Positions 50,038 through 64,000 of a DNA stretch of 64,000 bases are shown here, piece by piece. The translations under genes and the position numbers were made by a program. The notes beneath the pieces were generated by a model, which searched no databases, was not told the origin of the DNA, and worked only from the letters and a program-made list of their open reading frames with translations. The first letter of the stretch is position 1, and each line of letters opens with the position of its first letter. This DNA is from Azolla caroliniana (lineage: Eukaryota; Plantae; Polypodiophyta), in assembly GCA_043228905.1 (NCBI GenBank), contig JBHGNT010000015.1, forward strand, positions 1,612,001 through 1,676,000. Direction: 5' to 3'.

Positions 50038-50403
50038 GATTTGGAAGTAGTTTTAAACCAAGCTAGATCAATAATAGGCATTGATATAGGATCAATGCCT
50101 TATTTCAGCTACATATAAACCAGTAGAAACTATAAAGGCTCTAAAGAGGAAATCACCTAGATTTGGAAGTAGTTTTAAACCAAGCTAGATCAATAATAGG
50201 CATTGATATAGGATCAATGCCTTATTTCAGCTACATATAAACCAGTAGAAACTATAAAGGCTCTAAAGAGGAAATCACCTAGATTTGGAAGTAGTTTTAA
50301 ACCAAGCTAGATCAATAATAGGCATTGATATAGGATCAATGCCTTATTTCAGCTACATATAAACCAGTAGAAACTATAAAGGCTCTAAAGAGGAAATCAC
50401 CTA
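50038..50403. repeat. Apparently perfect 122-bp tandem triplication inside the hAT
   Basis: TTGGAAGTAGTTTTAAACCAAGCTAG starts at 50041, 50163 and 50285. Confidence 0.97.
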
Positions 50404-51699
50404 GCATTTCTTGTAAACCTTGTATACACTGGGAAGATCCCGAATTTGATGCAAAATGACTTATTGAATATACAGGGTGATTTCATACATAGGATGCTTT
50501 CATAAAGCAATATCAGTGATTAAAACAATGTCAGAGATTACCTGAAGGCGTGTAGGCTGCAGGCAAGTCAGTCTCTCTCTCCTCAAGTTTTTCTAGCAGT
50601 CTAATTTCTAACTCTTAAAAGTTTTCATTTGTTAAGACTCTATAGTCTCCAGCCTAATGATTCAATCACATAAACGGATTAACCGGTTTGAGCCGGTTAG
50701 TCAAGGCTCAAGCCTAAGCCGAGCCGCTAAGCCGTTAAAAAACCGGTTTTGGCAAAACGGTTAAGCCTTGAGCCCAACCGTTGCTTGTATACAAACATAT
50801 TTAAGTAGTAACTTCTCACTAATAACAATAGTAAATATTCTGATACAATAACGTTGATTTATGAGAAAGAGTGGGATTGTACCCTTTTTTTTTGTGATTA
50901 TAGGATTCTTTAACAACAACTCAATCCATGAGTTTGAATGAATAAACAAATCGAAATCCATGTATTAACGATGCAATATCGTTGATCACGAGCAAAATGG
51001 TGCTGACAACAACTTCTCGTTAAGAGGGTTGAACCAATAAATATGTAGAGCATACCAACTAGGATACAACCCTCATAAGTCCGATGATTACATATCTATA
51101 AACTTGGCACTCAAGCATTCATGTTATGCAACACATGATAGTTTCGTTCATGGTGTAGTTGGACAAAAATCCTCACTTTGTCATATAAAGCACTCAAAAA
51201 CCTTTGTGTCATAATTATCTATCTCTTCCCACTTGGTTGATTTGTTTTTACTTGATACTGAATTTGTCACAATGCATGCTCATGGTGCATCCTAGGATAA
51301 GCCCCATGTAGCCATTTAGTACGGTAAAGGTAAGGACATGCATGAGTTATGTGATACAACAACATAAGAAGCTAAAAATAATATGAGAAACATTAAGGTA
51401 TCATGATGTGGTGTATATATATGTAATACTAGTTATCTATGTGTAGTTCTTTGTATTGAATTGTGTAGTGGAAAACTAGTATAATCCTTCCCTTGCATAA
51501 TTGCATTTATACAAGGAGGCAAATATGAACTTTAATTGAAGGATTTGGTTAAGTTGCACAATTATTTATTAATAATTGCCTTTGTATTTTGAGACAAAGA
51601 GAGTGGCAAGTACTCTCTCTCTCTCTCTTTCGTAATTACCTTACCCTAGTGGTAAGTTGTTAGCACTACAAGCACTGCCTTCTGGGTTCGAAACCCAAC

Positions 51700-51873
51700 T
51701 TCCTCACCTCTCTATTATATACTTCTTATATATCTCTTAATTCCCTCGATGCCACTGTGGAATGTAGGGGTTGAACCCATGACCACCTAGTCTCCATTGG
51801 GGCAACCTTACCAAGTGAGGGTTGAACCTATGACCACCTGGTCTCCATCGGGCAACCTTACCAACTGAGCTAC
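51700..51873 (-). mobile_element. tRNA-derived SINE-like element with a duplicated head
   Basis: The minus strand reads GTAGCTCAGTTGGTAAGGTTGCCCGATGGAGACCAGGTGGTCATAGGTTCAACCC (A box and B box), followed by a second partial head and a short body. It sits next to (CT)n runs. Confidence 0.65.
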
Positions 51874-52189
51874 TCTCTCTCTCTCTCTAAGGATAGGTTT
51901 TTAGGATTGTTAAATGACATGGGACAAGTTTGAGATGTCCTTGGGCATGAATGTACGACACAAATACTAAAGTTGTGTGGGCGAGGGGGTGGACATGTTC
52001 AAGGCATTCACTATGTCTCATTATAGAGTTACTATTTGTTTTTCAACTATGTATAGGAAAAATACCATTGGTAAACTAGGTTCTCTAATGTCTATAGCGA
52101 ACTAAGTCTACAAGATATATAAAAGGACCCAAGTATTCTTTAAAGTGATTGTCAAAACATAATACCAATCCTGTGTGTAAAAATCGAGA

Positions 52190-52865
52190 AAACGGGATAG
52201 ATGTTTTATCATCGATGATGAGGCCAAATTTGACCTATAGGACAAAATCAACATGTCATCTTGTAAGTGACTCCTTCCTATGAAGAGGGGTTACTATGTT
52301 GTAACTTGTAGTAAAAACTCTCCATGTGAAAATTATGCATGTAGATATGTGCTCACCCTTCTAGGTGGACATTTAAGTATGGCATTAACATTATCATCCC
52401 CAGTTAACAAAGTCATCATACTTCTTGCAAATTACCTTATATGTTGTGTGTGTGATTAGTAAGTGATAATCTTCCACTAGTTTTCGTTGCATACATTACA
52501 TATCTTCATATCTAGCTGATGATGCCATAATGATACCTCGACATGTAACTAGTGTGATTGAGTTCGAAGAAGTGTCTCTCATATGTGATTGGATTTGTTT
52601 TGGCAAATTTACCTTGTATCATTGGGGGTTGATATTTGCAATCTAATAATCCAAAATTGACATTTATAACAACTTGCCACATCAACCTTGATGCCTCTAG
52701 TAATATATCCTCAATGATCACATGCTTCATAGCATCATCTGAGAACTCCTAATCTCTTAAACAATTTAAAAATCACCCAACCAGATGAAAGGCTTTTGTT
52801 CTTATTAGTTTTTTGTACCTTGTATGTTATGCTTCAAGCTGGTTTTGGTAGCCTATGATTAGGGG

Positions 52866-52928
<63 letters not shown>

Positions 52929-53700
52929 CTATTAACGTCTTTGGCAATCGAGTATGATCTATGAAACCAAAAGTATTACATTTCCTGTTACATGCGAAAG
53001 TGAGTACCAACTCTCGATGTTCAAGAACTTTACAAATGAATGTTGCAATCTAGAGTGCACATTGCAGTTGTCAGATAAGTTTGTGCAAGGATTGGATTGG
53101 TTGAAGATGCGTGAAAAACATGGTCAAATATGATCAAAGGCAAAGAGAGAGAGATTCTATTATCATCTTCGGATGTCAAATATGACTTATGAAACCAAAA
53201 ATATTACATTTCATGTAATACATGTGAAAGTGAGTATCAACACTTGGTGTTCAAGAACTTTACCAATGAATGTCACAATCGAGAGTGCACATTGTGATTG
53301 TGAGAGAAATTCATGCAAGGATTTGGCTTGGTTGAAGATGACACGTGGAAAGCATGGTTGAATATGATCAAAGGTAGAGCATTGTATCAAAGTGTGATAC
53401 TCAAAATCTCGAACTTGTTTAAGACAAAGTATGCATAGTCAACCACTCTCATCACTTGTGGCCCAATGCCTATCCCACATCGCAATGCATGTGAGTTAAG
53501 TCAAATGGAAGCAATGGTTTGAATGGTAGATAACCTTATGGGCTCTAACATGTATTGATGTGTATGGTTTCCTTGTTCAGTGAAAAATATAGTTTTGTAG
53601 TTGAGTGCAACATTTGTAGTATAATGTGTGAACCATGAGCCTCCACATTTGTCCCGTGTCATGATACGTTGCAAAAATGCCTTATTTACACATAAACACA
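52190..53700 (-). mobile_element. Highly decayed RTEX-like LINE 3' remnants, one with a ~225-bp duplicated 3' end, around a (GATA)n(GA)n tract
   Basis: 3'-end motifs GAGGCCAAATTTGACCTATAGG (~52220) and (GA)nTTCTATTAACGTC (~52925, repeated ~53155). The minus strand reads LNSHALRC near 53480-53505. Confidence 0.6.
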
Positions 53701-53756
53701 CATGCATATAAAGAGAGAGGAGGAGGGAGGGGGATTAAAAGAGAAATCAAATAGAT

Positions 53757-53970
53757 GTAGCTCAATTGGTAAGTTTACCTAATGGAGATCAAGAGGTCTT
53801 GGGATTAACCATTACATTCAACGATGGTATCTATTGAAATAAAAGATATCTATGGAGAGAGAGAGAGAGAATTATAACTCAATTGATACACTTTCTTTAA
53901 TGGAGACCCTAAGGTCACGTGGTTCAACCAATACATTTCATAGTCAAATAGGGAAGATATAATATAATAC
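53757..53970 (+). mobile_element. Two tandem diverged copies of the same tRNA-derived SINE-like family
   Basis: GTAGCTCAATTGGTAAG...AATGGAGATCAAGAGGTC...(GA)n, then ATAACTCAATTGATA...AATGGAGACC...GGTTCAACC. Confidence 0.55.
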
Positions 53971-54034
53971 TCTTGTTGTTATGCCTCACGACTCTATAAT
54001 TATATGAGTACTAGTACCAATGATGCAAGTCTAT

Positions 54035-54300
54035 GTAGAAGAGAATAAAAGACATTAGGAACAACTATAATCTATAAACCTTCTCTCACACTAGTGGAAA
54101 CGGGGCCAAAATGTTATAAAAGTCTAGAAAGGTCATTTGATATGTGTTGATATGCATTTAGCGATGTAAGTGTGTGTGGAAGAGAAGAAAACACATTAGG
54201 AACAACTAGAATCTATAAACCTTGTGTCACACTAGTGGAAAAGGGAACAAGATGTTATAAAAGTCTAGAAAGGTCATTTTATATGTGTTGATGTGCATTG
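54035..54300. repeat. ~139-bp tandem duplication
   Basis: ACATTAGGAACAACTA...CACACTAGTGGAA...ATGTTATAAAAGTCTAGAAAGGTCATTT occurs twice. Confidence 0.9.
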
Positions 54301-54739
54301 CACTAAGTGCACCAAAAGAGTATTAGTGTAAGGTTTAGAGTAATGCGCTTAATACCATTCTTACGAAATATGAGAGAGAGAGGAGTAGCGACATGTAGTT
54401 GTTTCTTTTTCATGGTTGAAGAGGAAAATAATACTCAGTTAAGAGTAAGTGTTCGATTTCTTGTCGAAATTGGGGTGGTCATTTTTGAGATTTATCACCA
54501 CTTCTTTGAAAACTATTTGTACCATTGGCCAGTAAGACATATTCTAAGTTAGATATACTATCCATTCTTGAATAAATTAGAATACAATATTATGCCTTGC
54601 ACCAACTAATCGATGACTCCTAAATACCAGGTTGCATGAATGCAAAATGGTGATTGTGCATGGTTGGAGGTAATGAGCATGCATGTGTCCCAAACCATGC
54701 TAAATAAGAATGTGTTCTAGGCTAATAAACAACACCATC

Positions 54740-55520
54740 CATGTGCAATGGCCAATGTATTGGGTTTTGCAAATTGTTGATGTAAATTCATTAAGAAATA
54801 CTCAAACATGCATTTGGCCATTGTAGATTCTAATTCAACTTACACATAGATTCTTTTGGCCATCGTAAATTCTTAGGAAAATTAGCGTCATTTCCTAAAA
54901 GGTTAGTGCAATCATCAAATCATTTTATACAATGATCATAAGAACCTTACATATTTCGATGTGGCTTGAATCTTGAGTTTATGACAAGCCCTTTGGGCGT
55001 AATTTCTGTTGTGTTTTTGATTTCTTGATCATGTATTACCCATGAATATAAGAAGGAAAGGTAATTGTTCTATCTTGGTGTTCATAGTTGGAGCTTGGCA
55101 CCTTGTTTAGGAAAACTTGCTTTTGACCATCATACGCAAGGCTTTGGTCCTGATTGTTTACAGTTGATGACAACTAACATCTTAAAAGCGCCCACACATT
55201 CAACTATTATTGATTCCATTTGTAGTAATTTTGTTTCATATGAATTTGCACAAGATGTCTTGAATCATATTATTCCAGATTGTGTTTCTTGTTTGAGGTC
55301 TAAGGGTTCTTCAAATGATTATACTCAATTCAATTGGCGCGTTAATTTACAATTTCAAAATAATCTATCATATATCCCCAATGATCGTTCTCGACTTCAA
55401 ACCTTATGACACTACCATGGCATGCCAATGGTTGGAAATTTTCGAGTCTTCAAGACATTGGATCTAGTTTCTCGAAGCTATTGGGGAATCTATTGGTGGG
55501 CACAACTTCACAATTTCGGT
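54740..55520 (+). mobile_element. Decayed Ty3/gypsy pol remnant (RT end, RNase H, integrase zinc finger)
   Basis: Broken frames give LGFAN...FIKKYS, YNDHKNLTYF, a relic of the QARW...FDF motif, and FRVFKTLDLVSRSYW. Confidence 0.7.
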
Positions 55521-55614
55521 AGTTATGACATACAATTTTTGCAAATAAACTGGTTGATTGGGTTGTTCTTGTGACTTTGTATGTCTTTCTTGACACTAGG
55601 TGATCTCATGATAC

Positions 55615-56430
55615 TAGGTCAACAACGTTCATGACCATTGTCATGCATCGATAAGAGGGCATGTTGACCAACAAGATTTGATTTAGGCGATGGATGCAAA
55701 TCCACAAGTCAACGTGTTCGAAGAATGTGCCACAATAATAAGTGTCAACGTTCATGACCACTATTAAGCATTGACAGGAATGCATGTTGATAAACAAGAT
55801 TTGATTTAGGTGATGTCCGCAAAACCGCGAGTCAACGTGCTCAAAGAATGTGGCATGACAATAAGAGGCAACGTTAATGAAATAATGGGAAACATAGAAT
55901 GGTGTACTTGATGAAGCAAGCAAGCCAACAGGTCATTGAAACCATAGAATGTGGCGAACGCATTAATGAGGGCTGCATCGTACTGCCATATTGCGCTCTG
56001 AGTCTATCAGATAGGGAAGGAAGGCATGACATGGCTAGCGACTCAGTGAGACAAGGACGAAAGGGTTGTAGGGACATGTAGTCGGAATCTACGAAGCTAT
56101 CACGTGGCAACTTTTGTCTCGAGAGAATCTAATGTGCCCCACTTACCCACGGAATCTAAGAATCTATCGTGTGCTTGCGTGTTTGTGCGCGTGTCGACAT
56201 AATCTTAGAATCTAATGCGCCCCATGTGCCTACAGAATCCGAGAATCTATCGCGTGCTTCCATGCGCGCGTGCCAACAGAATCTGCGAATCGAATGCACC
56301 ACTGGTGTGTGTTCATGCCAACGGAATTTGAGAATCTATCGCACGTTTATGCATTTGACGGAATCTAAGAATCTAGCGCGGTCCCGTGCGTGCGTGCGTG
56401 TGTGTCGAGAGGAATCTAAGGATGAAGAAT
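55615..56430. repeat. Repeat-rich segment (~126-bp tandem units plus a GAATCT(A/G)AGAATCTA motif array), probably a DNA-transposon end
   Basis: GTCAACGTTCATGACCA...ACAAGATTTGATTTAGG occurs about twice at 55618-55875. About 10 GAATCT motifs lie at 56085-56430. Confidence 0.55.
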
Positions 56431-56738
56431 CTGGTAGGTAGGATGGACATTATGTTGACATGGCCTGCCTTATTGAATTACGAGGAAGCTTTCTTTCTGA
56501 ATTTTAAAAAGGTATTTATTTATTTATGTTTTATTTTTATTTTTTTAATTAAAAATTTGGAAATTCCATGGCCACAAGATTTTTGTTTTTTTGGTTAAAT
56601 TTCAGGAGAATTCTCTAGGAGCAGGAAATTCCTTCTCTTTCATCTCCATTTCCATTTCCATTTCCATTTTCTGCAGAGTCTTTTTGTCTGTCACAGAACA
56701 GAGTCTTTTTTTTCTGCAGAGGCTCAGACACCTCCGCC

Positions 56739-58299
<1,561 letters not shown>

Positions 58300-59644
58300 G
58301 TCTCCATTTGTTTACTACAGAGATTTAGCTCATTCATGGAAAACTGGTGTTGTCAAGATTATCTTTGGGCTCGACTTTTCTTGCGCTTTTCTTTTATAGC
58401 TTTTTATACATGGCATTTTGTATGTATATTTTTGCTTGTTTCTTCCAACATTGGCTCCAGCTGCAAAAATAACTGAAAGTTGGGTTCTATACATGGTTAT
58501 GACTCCTGAGATTGCCAGCAGAAAAAAAAACTCGATTCACTCGATTGCTGAGTTTGAAATGTGATGGCCCAAATATAATAGTTTTTTTTTTCTTCTTATC
58601 TTGGTTCCAATATGCATTGGAGCCCATTTGTAATGAATGACTACATCTTAAAATCCTCATGGTACTAGATGAACTCTTTTAACTTCTGATAATTGATCCT
58701 TAAGATGGATATTTAACAATTTTAGCATATTGGATTTACTCGTAAAACAGAAACTATGTAGTATAATTTTTTATCTAGGTTGCATATTGCTCATTGGTAT
58801 ATTGTGTTCCTTCACTCTTCCTAGAGATTGTACAAGGCAGATTAACAAATTTATGTGAATATTTTGAGTTATGAATAATTATCTATTTTCTATTGTGTTT
58901 TGCTGGGCATTGTTTGATATATGGTTGATCTTTGTGTTAAGAATACAACTATTGCCCCAAACCATTATATTCTTTAGCGTCGGTTTTGATGCAAAAAGAA
59001 TAGAATGGATATATGGAATTGGGAAAAAGAACTAAGATGATTGTCAACTAACATTGGAAAGTCTCTCATGACTTGTATAAACGAAGTTTGCACACCCACT
59101 CTAGGAGATGTTTGGTAGCATCAAAGGTTTTTTTATAGGACCCAAGTGCGGTAACATACATATATTCTTTCAAATATGTAGATAATACATCCAAAGCATC
59201 AACGATACTACGTGAGACAAAGTTATTATTTGTGAAAGTGAGTCATACTTAGACATAGCTTCCTTGCCAACTTCTTGTTCTTAGCTTGCAGATTCTTTCT
59301 TAGGTATGTGGTGAGTGTGCCCAAAAAGGCTACAATCCACATGTTTTTTAGCATGTACAAAATATACAACGCAACTTGTGTTGGGGCTTCTAAAATCAAC
59401 GTTTTCTAAATAAACATTTGTTGCACAACCCACACCCACAACAAGACTTATGATGCACATTAGTGTCCAATGAGATTAAGACAAGGGATGCATCATATTG
59501 ATTGGTTGTCTTGATCAAAAAATTGATGTAAAAGAAATCGCACCGCTATCCACTGATGTGCTAACAAAGGTAGATGTGCTTGAAAAATGGACATGATAAC
59601 CAAAACCAATATATATACATAGGTTCTTGTTGTCGATTGGCAAT

Positions 59645-59815
59645 CATTTAAACCGCGGTTCAAACCGTTTAAACCGGAAACCGTTAAGCTCATAAAGGCT
59701 CATACCAAACCGAAACCATTACACTCCCGAACCGATACCGAATTGGTTACAAAAACCTGAACCTGAACCGAAACAAACTGTTTAAAACCGTTGATCCACG
59801 GTTCGGTTTGCTAGA
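59645..59815. mobile_element. AAACCG-rich MITE-like remnant upstream of the PPR gene
   Basis: A dense cluster of AAACCG/AACCG/CGGTT motifs like the hAT subtermini; termini not resolved. Confidence 0.5.
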
Positions 59816-60023
59816 GACCAGACTAGAGGAGAAATGGTGGGCACTCCCATATCCATGTCTTAACAGAAAGACCCACAAAAAAGCTTCCCATTGAGGAGGA
59901 AGAGAAGATTTACAGAGATTTACAGAGACAGGCAAGGAGCAGAGGCTCCCCATGGTTAGACCCTGTGCCCCTGCCCTTGCCCCTGCCCTTGCCCATGGAT
60001 GAAGAAGCTTTTCTCCTCAGAGG

Positions 60024-61991
60024 ATGCTCCTCCCCTCCTTCCACCACCTCCCCTCCCTCCTCCTCCTCCTCTGCAAACACAACACCAGCAAGAAGAACCT
60101 CTCCTTCTTCCTCCCTTACCTCCGCAACTCAGGCTTGGCATCTCACCCATCACTTGGGAACGATCTCGTTTCCTTCCTATCATCGGATGCTGCTGCCTCC
60201 GGTGCTATGGCGGATGCTCAGAAGGTATTCAACAACCTTTCCTGCAGGAGCCATAGCTCGTATAACTCGATGATCATCGGTTATATCAAATCTGGCGAGC
60301 TTCAAAAAGCCGTGGATTTTTATCAAACCCTAGAAGAAGGTTGCTTTTCTGTGCACTTGAATGAGTATGCCTTTGTTGCGATTCTGAAAGCGTGCACGAA
60401 ACTCAAAGATGCAGAGAGAGGAGGCAGAATTCATGTTCAGATTGCAAGGAGAGGGTTTTTAGAGAGCAATGTGATTCTTGGTACTGCCTTGGTTGATATG
60501 TACTGCAATTGTGGTATGCTTAAGAAAGCTAGAGAAGTGTTTGAGAAGCTTCCGGAACGTGATGTGGTGGCATGGACATCATTGATCTCAGGATATACAC
60601 AACATAATCAAAGTAATATGGCTTTGGCTAGTTTCCAACTCATGCTAACTCAAGGTATCTGTCCGAGCTCGGCAACTTTTGTTTGTGTTTTGAAAGCTTG
60701 TGGAGATGTTGGTGATGAAGATAAGGGATTCGAGATACATGTCGAGGTCGTGAGAAAAGGTTTGTTGAAAACAAATGCTCTCGTCGGGAATGCATTGGTG
60801 GATATGTATGCCAAATGTGGTTCCCTTTTAAAAGCCCGAGAAGTATTTGATATGCTTGCATATCGTGATATTGTTGCGTGGACCTCATTGATATCGGGGT
60901 ATGCTCAATATGACCATAGTGAAGATGCATTGAATTGTTTCAGCCAGATGCAGGAGCAGGGGATCGCACCAGATGTAGTCACATTAGTTTGCATCTTAAA
61001 AGCATGTGGAAGTTCTAGAGCCCTAGAGAAAGGTATAGAAATTCATGCTGAACTCGCGAGAAAACAATTAGTTAAAGACAATGCGGTAGTTGGTACTGCA
61101 CTTGTCGATATGTATGCTAAATGTGGGGATATTTTGTTTGCACAAGAGGTCTTTGAGAAGCTTCCAATACGGAGTATCGACTCTTGGAATGCATTGATCA
61201 CAGGGTATGCACAACAAAATCGTGGAGTGAAAGTACTTGAATGCTTTGAACAAATGCTATCCCAGGGGCTCTGTCCAGATGATGTGACATTGGCTTGTTA
61301 CTTGAAAGCATGTGGGAATACTGGAGCTATTGATAAAGGAAGAAAGCTACATGCTGATATTGAGAAAGGCTTGCCTAAAACGAACCAAATCGTTTGCAAT
61401 GCACTTCTTGACATGTATGCTAAATGTGGCATGCTTGTGAAGGCTGAGGAAGTCTTTGACAAGCTAGAATTACATGATGTAATCTCATGGAATGTATTAA
61501 TAGCTGGGTATGGACAAGCTGGAAAGTTTATAGATGTGGTCAATGCCTTTGATAGGATGATGAGCGAAGGTGTGAAACCAAATGCTAGCACCTTTGTTAA
61601 TGTTCTCGATGCTTGCAACCATGCAAGCCTACTTGAGAGAGGCAAAATTTATTTTGAAGTGATGAGTCTAACATTCAGAATAATGCCAACACTTGATCAT
61701 TACACTTGCATGGTCCATCTTCTGGCTCATGCCGGAGAATTGCTTAAAGCTGAAGAAATGATGGAGAAGATCTCATCTCCACTGGATATTGTAATGTTGC
61801 TTGGTATGCTAAAAGCTTGTCTTAAATGGAGCAATGTAGAGCTTGGGAGGCGGACATTTGAAAAGGCTGTGCAATTGGATGCAAATGAAGTGGCTGCTTA
61901 TGTCTGCATGGAGAGTATATATGCTTCTGTTGGTATGCATGTCAAAGCAAAGAAAATTAAGGCAATGAGGAAAAAAATGGCAATTATTTGA
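60024..61991 (+). CDS. Intronless PLS-class PPR protein ending in an E domain (no DYW); probable organellar RNA-editing factor
   Basis: Repeating P-L-S triplets (VVAWTSLISGY, TFVCVLKACG, VGNALVDMYAKCG), then HYTCMVHLLAHAG and E-like LLGMLKACLKWSNVELG...AAYVCMESIYA. Confidence 0.95.
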   Translation: MLLPSFHHLPSLLLLLCKHNTSKKNLSFFLPYLRNSGLASHPSLGNDLVSFLSSDAAASGAMADAQKVFNNLSCRSHSSYNSMIIGYIKSGELQKAVDFYQTLEEGCFSVHLNEYAFVAILKACTKLKDAERGGRIHVQIARRGFLESNVILGTALVDMYCNCGMLKKAREVFEKLPERDVVAWTSLISGYTQHNQSNMALASFQLMLTQGICPSSATFVCVLKACGDVGDEDKGFEIHVEVVRKGLLKTNALVGNALVDMYAKCGSLLKAREVFDMLAYRDIVAWTSLISGYAQYDHSEDALNCFSQMQEQGIAPDVVTLVCILKACGSSRALEKGIEIHAELARKQLVKDNAVVGTALVDMYAKCGDILFAQEVFEKLPIRSIDSWNALITGYAQQNRGVKVLECFEQMLSQGLCPDDVTLACYLKACGNTGAIDKGRKLHADIEKGLPKTNQIVCNALLDMYAKCGMLVKAEEVFDKLELHDVISWNVLIAGYGQAGKFIDVVNAFDRMMSEGVKPNASTFVNVLDACNHASLLERGKIYFEVMSLTFRIMPTLDHYTCMVHLLAHAGELLKAEEMMEKISSPLDIVMLLGMLKACLKWSNVELGRRTFEKAVQLDANEVAAYVCMESIYASVGMHVKAKKIKAMRKKMAII

Positions 61992-63449
61992 GAGCCGAGG
62001 GGGTCACCACTTCTGTTGTGGGTTGATTTGCCCCCCATGTACATGAAACTCTATTCTGAAGCTTTCTCAAATGACTATTCAAGAATGATCATTTGTTTAA
62101 GCTTTTCGCACTTCTGTCAGCCAATGGAGCACAAGATGGGATTGTGGACATTGATATATAGCGAAAAACGCAGTATGATAGCTACAAATTGTTTCTTATC
62201 CATGATTGGTTTTAACATCTATTTCTAAAACTACAATTTTGAAAAATAAACGTGGCCATGTAGTTTGAACACCTTGATCTGTATATTAAAATAGACTAAC
62301 TAAAGAATCCAAACAGAAGCATGGAACCATCAAGACAAACATTGATCCATATATCAAATCATATAATAATGTTATTGATGATATGCCCATTGTGAAAGCA
62401 GAAAACAGTTACATGAAAACAATATTCAAACATCTGTCCAAATATCAAAATCAGCTGATTACAGATAAAATACCTGTATATCAAATTAAAATGTCTTGTT
62501 ATACCAGTGGATATTATTTTATTTCATGGTGTAAGATCCAAGCAGTGGAGGAATACAACGATGAGGATTCAGATGACAATCTGTTTATTAATTTGTGAAT
62601 AAATGGTTGGTTCACAAAACATCCATCAACTACTACCAACAATTGTGATGTTACCGAAGGAACATGTGACTCATTTTCACATCATTAAAACAAGATCATA
62701 AGAAGATATTTTGTTCGGCGCGATGCATTTTACAATCAGATTTGTTAATTCACACTATAGTTAGGATCATTGTGATGTTTTTTTCAATGGAAACCACTCT
62801 ATTGATTGGTTTTGTCCTGGTTCTATGTTATGCCATTTTTCAGGATATTTTTTCACAACTCATTAAGTTTATCAAAACGCGAATCAAGTCATATAACAAA
62901 TTTTGCACAAACTATATTTTAAAACCTTTTGATTGAAGACAATTTTCAATGAGTTAGGATTAATTCTTTAAAATCAGCCTATATGTCCTTGAACATAATG
63001 TGAATGAGACCACTAGTTTGTGGTGATAGTAAAATGAGCATGTCTTGGTGCAATACTCTCCCCATAGATCATGTTAAGAACCATTACATGTAGTAAACTG
63101 AGTCTCTTAGTTGGATGACCGCCACTATATGTGTATGTTTTCAATTAAACTTCTTGTTAACTCCACAACAAAGGTAGATAAAATTAAATGATTTTTGTTC
63201 CCTTTGTTCATTGATTATTTTGTTCATCTTAAGTGTAACAAGTGCTACTGATGGGAATGCCATAAGTGATCATTTTGGGGCTGCATCTTACTTTGGGGAT
63301 TTTGAGTCTTTTCATTGATAATATAACTTGAGTTTTTTCTGAATAAGGGTTGTATACTAGCACTTAGTCAATGTTTTACTAGCTAGGCCTCTAGGTTCAA
63401 ATCTCGCCTCTTGTACTACAAATGTAAAGAGTTACATAATACACACACA

Positions 63450-63453
<4 letters not shown>

Positions 63454-63511
<58 letters not shown>

Positions 63512-63577
63512 TTGAAAACACACAATTACATAAAAGATATTGAATCACCAATAGGCAAGATTGGACACTCCACCAAG

Positions 63578-63637
<60 letters not shown>
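63454..63637. repeat. Two (CT)n microsatellites
   Basis: Directly visible at ~63454-63508 and ~63580-63636. Confidence 0.97.
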
Positions 63638-63640
<3 letters not shown>

Positions 63641-64000
63641 CATTCCTATGTCTCGCCGCCTCCATGTATTCCGTGGATTGTGTATCTGTGCCCTCTCATG
63701 GTCTTGGACTAGGGAGTATGAAGGGATAGAGAAGACCCGAGGTTTGCTTTACGACAATATTACTTCTCGACCCCTTCTCGAGCAAGGGCTCTTTGCCCCT
63801 TTTGTGGGGCCGATGGCTTTCGTTGATCACGACTCGTCGAATTTTCGAGATCACCGCACGAGCCAAGTGGTCAAACAGGTACAAGCAAAGATGAACACGC
63901 AAGATGAACGCACAAGGGGACAAGAACACAAACATAAATGCTCGTACGTCTTTATGAGGAGAGGTGCATGGGCATGTCCGAACGCTCCCTCGTCACAAGA

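Larger units (their letters stand above)
46019..50784 (-). mobile_element. hAT (Ac-like) transposon with 8-bp TSD TTGTATAC
   Basis: Left end TAGGGATCCACAACAGTTCGG, AAACCG/CGGTT-rich subtermini at both ends, TTGTATAC at 46011-46018 and 50785-50792, and an internal transposase. Confidence 0.88.

Noticed and set aside
59956-60273. Pro-rich and Gly-rich ORFs overlapping the PPR start
   Set aside because: Alternative frames of a CCT-rich low-complexity stretch.
63640-64000. GC-richer segment at the window end, possibly the edge of an LTR element
   Set aside because: No terminus, primer-binding site or coding motif is identifiable within the window.

Overview
Eukaryotic nuclear DNA from a land plant, most likely a fern or other non-seed vascular plant (inferred from the PLS-E PPR style, apparently unedited plastid codons in the plastid insert, and the TE repertoire). 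Host genes: an NFD6-like mitochondrial protein (-), an armadillo-repeat kinesin ARK (-), a DUF789 protein (-), a UBC8/9/10/28-class E2 (+) and an intronless PLS-E PPR (+). The dominant structure is a ~16.8-kb Mutator-like element (8619-25386) bounded by ~115-bp terminal inverted repeats and a 7/8-matching 8-bp target duplication. It carries a decayed MULE/SWIM transposase, a Ulp1-protease remnant and a decayed cargo gene with a bacterial-type amino-DNA-methyltransferase signature (YNGD...LP...LLIVDIPYG, restored by one frameshift). It also holds arrays of a GGTCGCCCAAC motif, a scrambled plastid-DNA mosaic and three nested LINEs. Elsewhere there are a Penelope-like element fragment missed by the ORF track with a minimal type I hammerhead ribozyme (4576-4631), several RTEX-like LINEs with microsatellite tails, a near-intact hAT with one clipped end, tRNA-derived SINE-like repeats, a Ty3/gypsy remnant and many micro/minisatellites. 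All family calls come from motif recognition by eye; no database searches were run.
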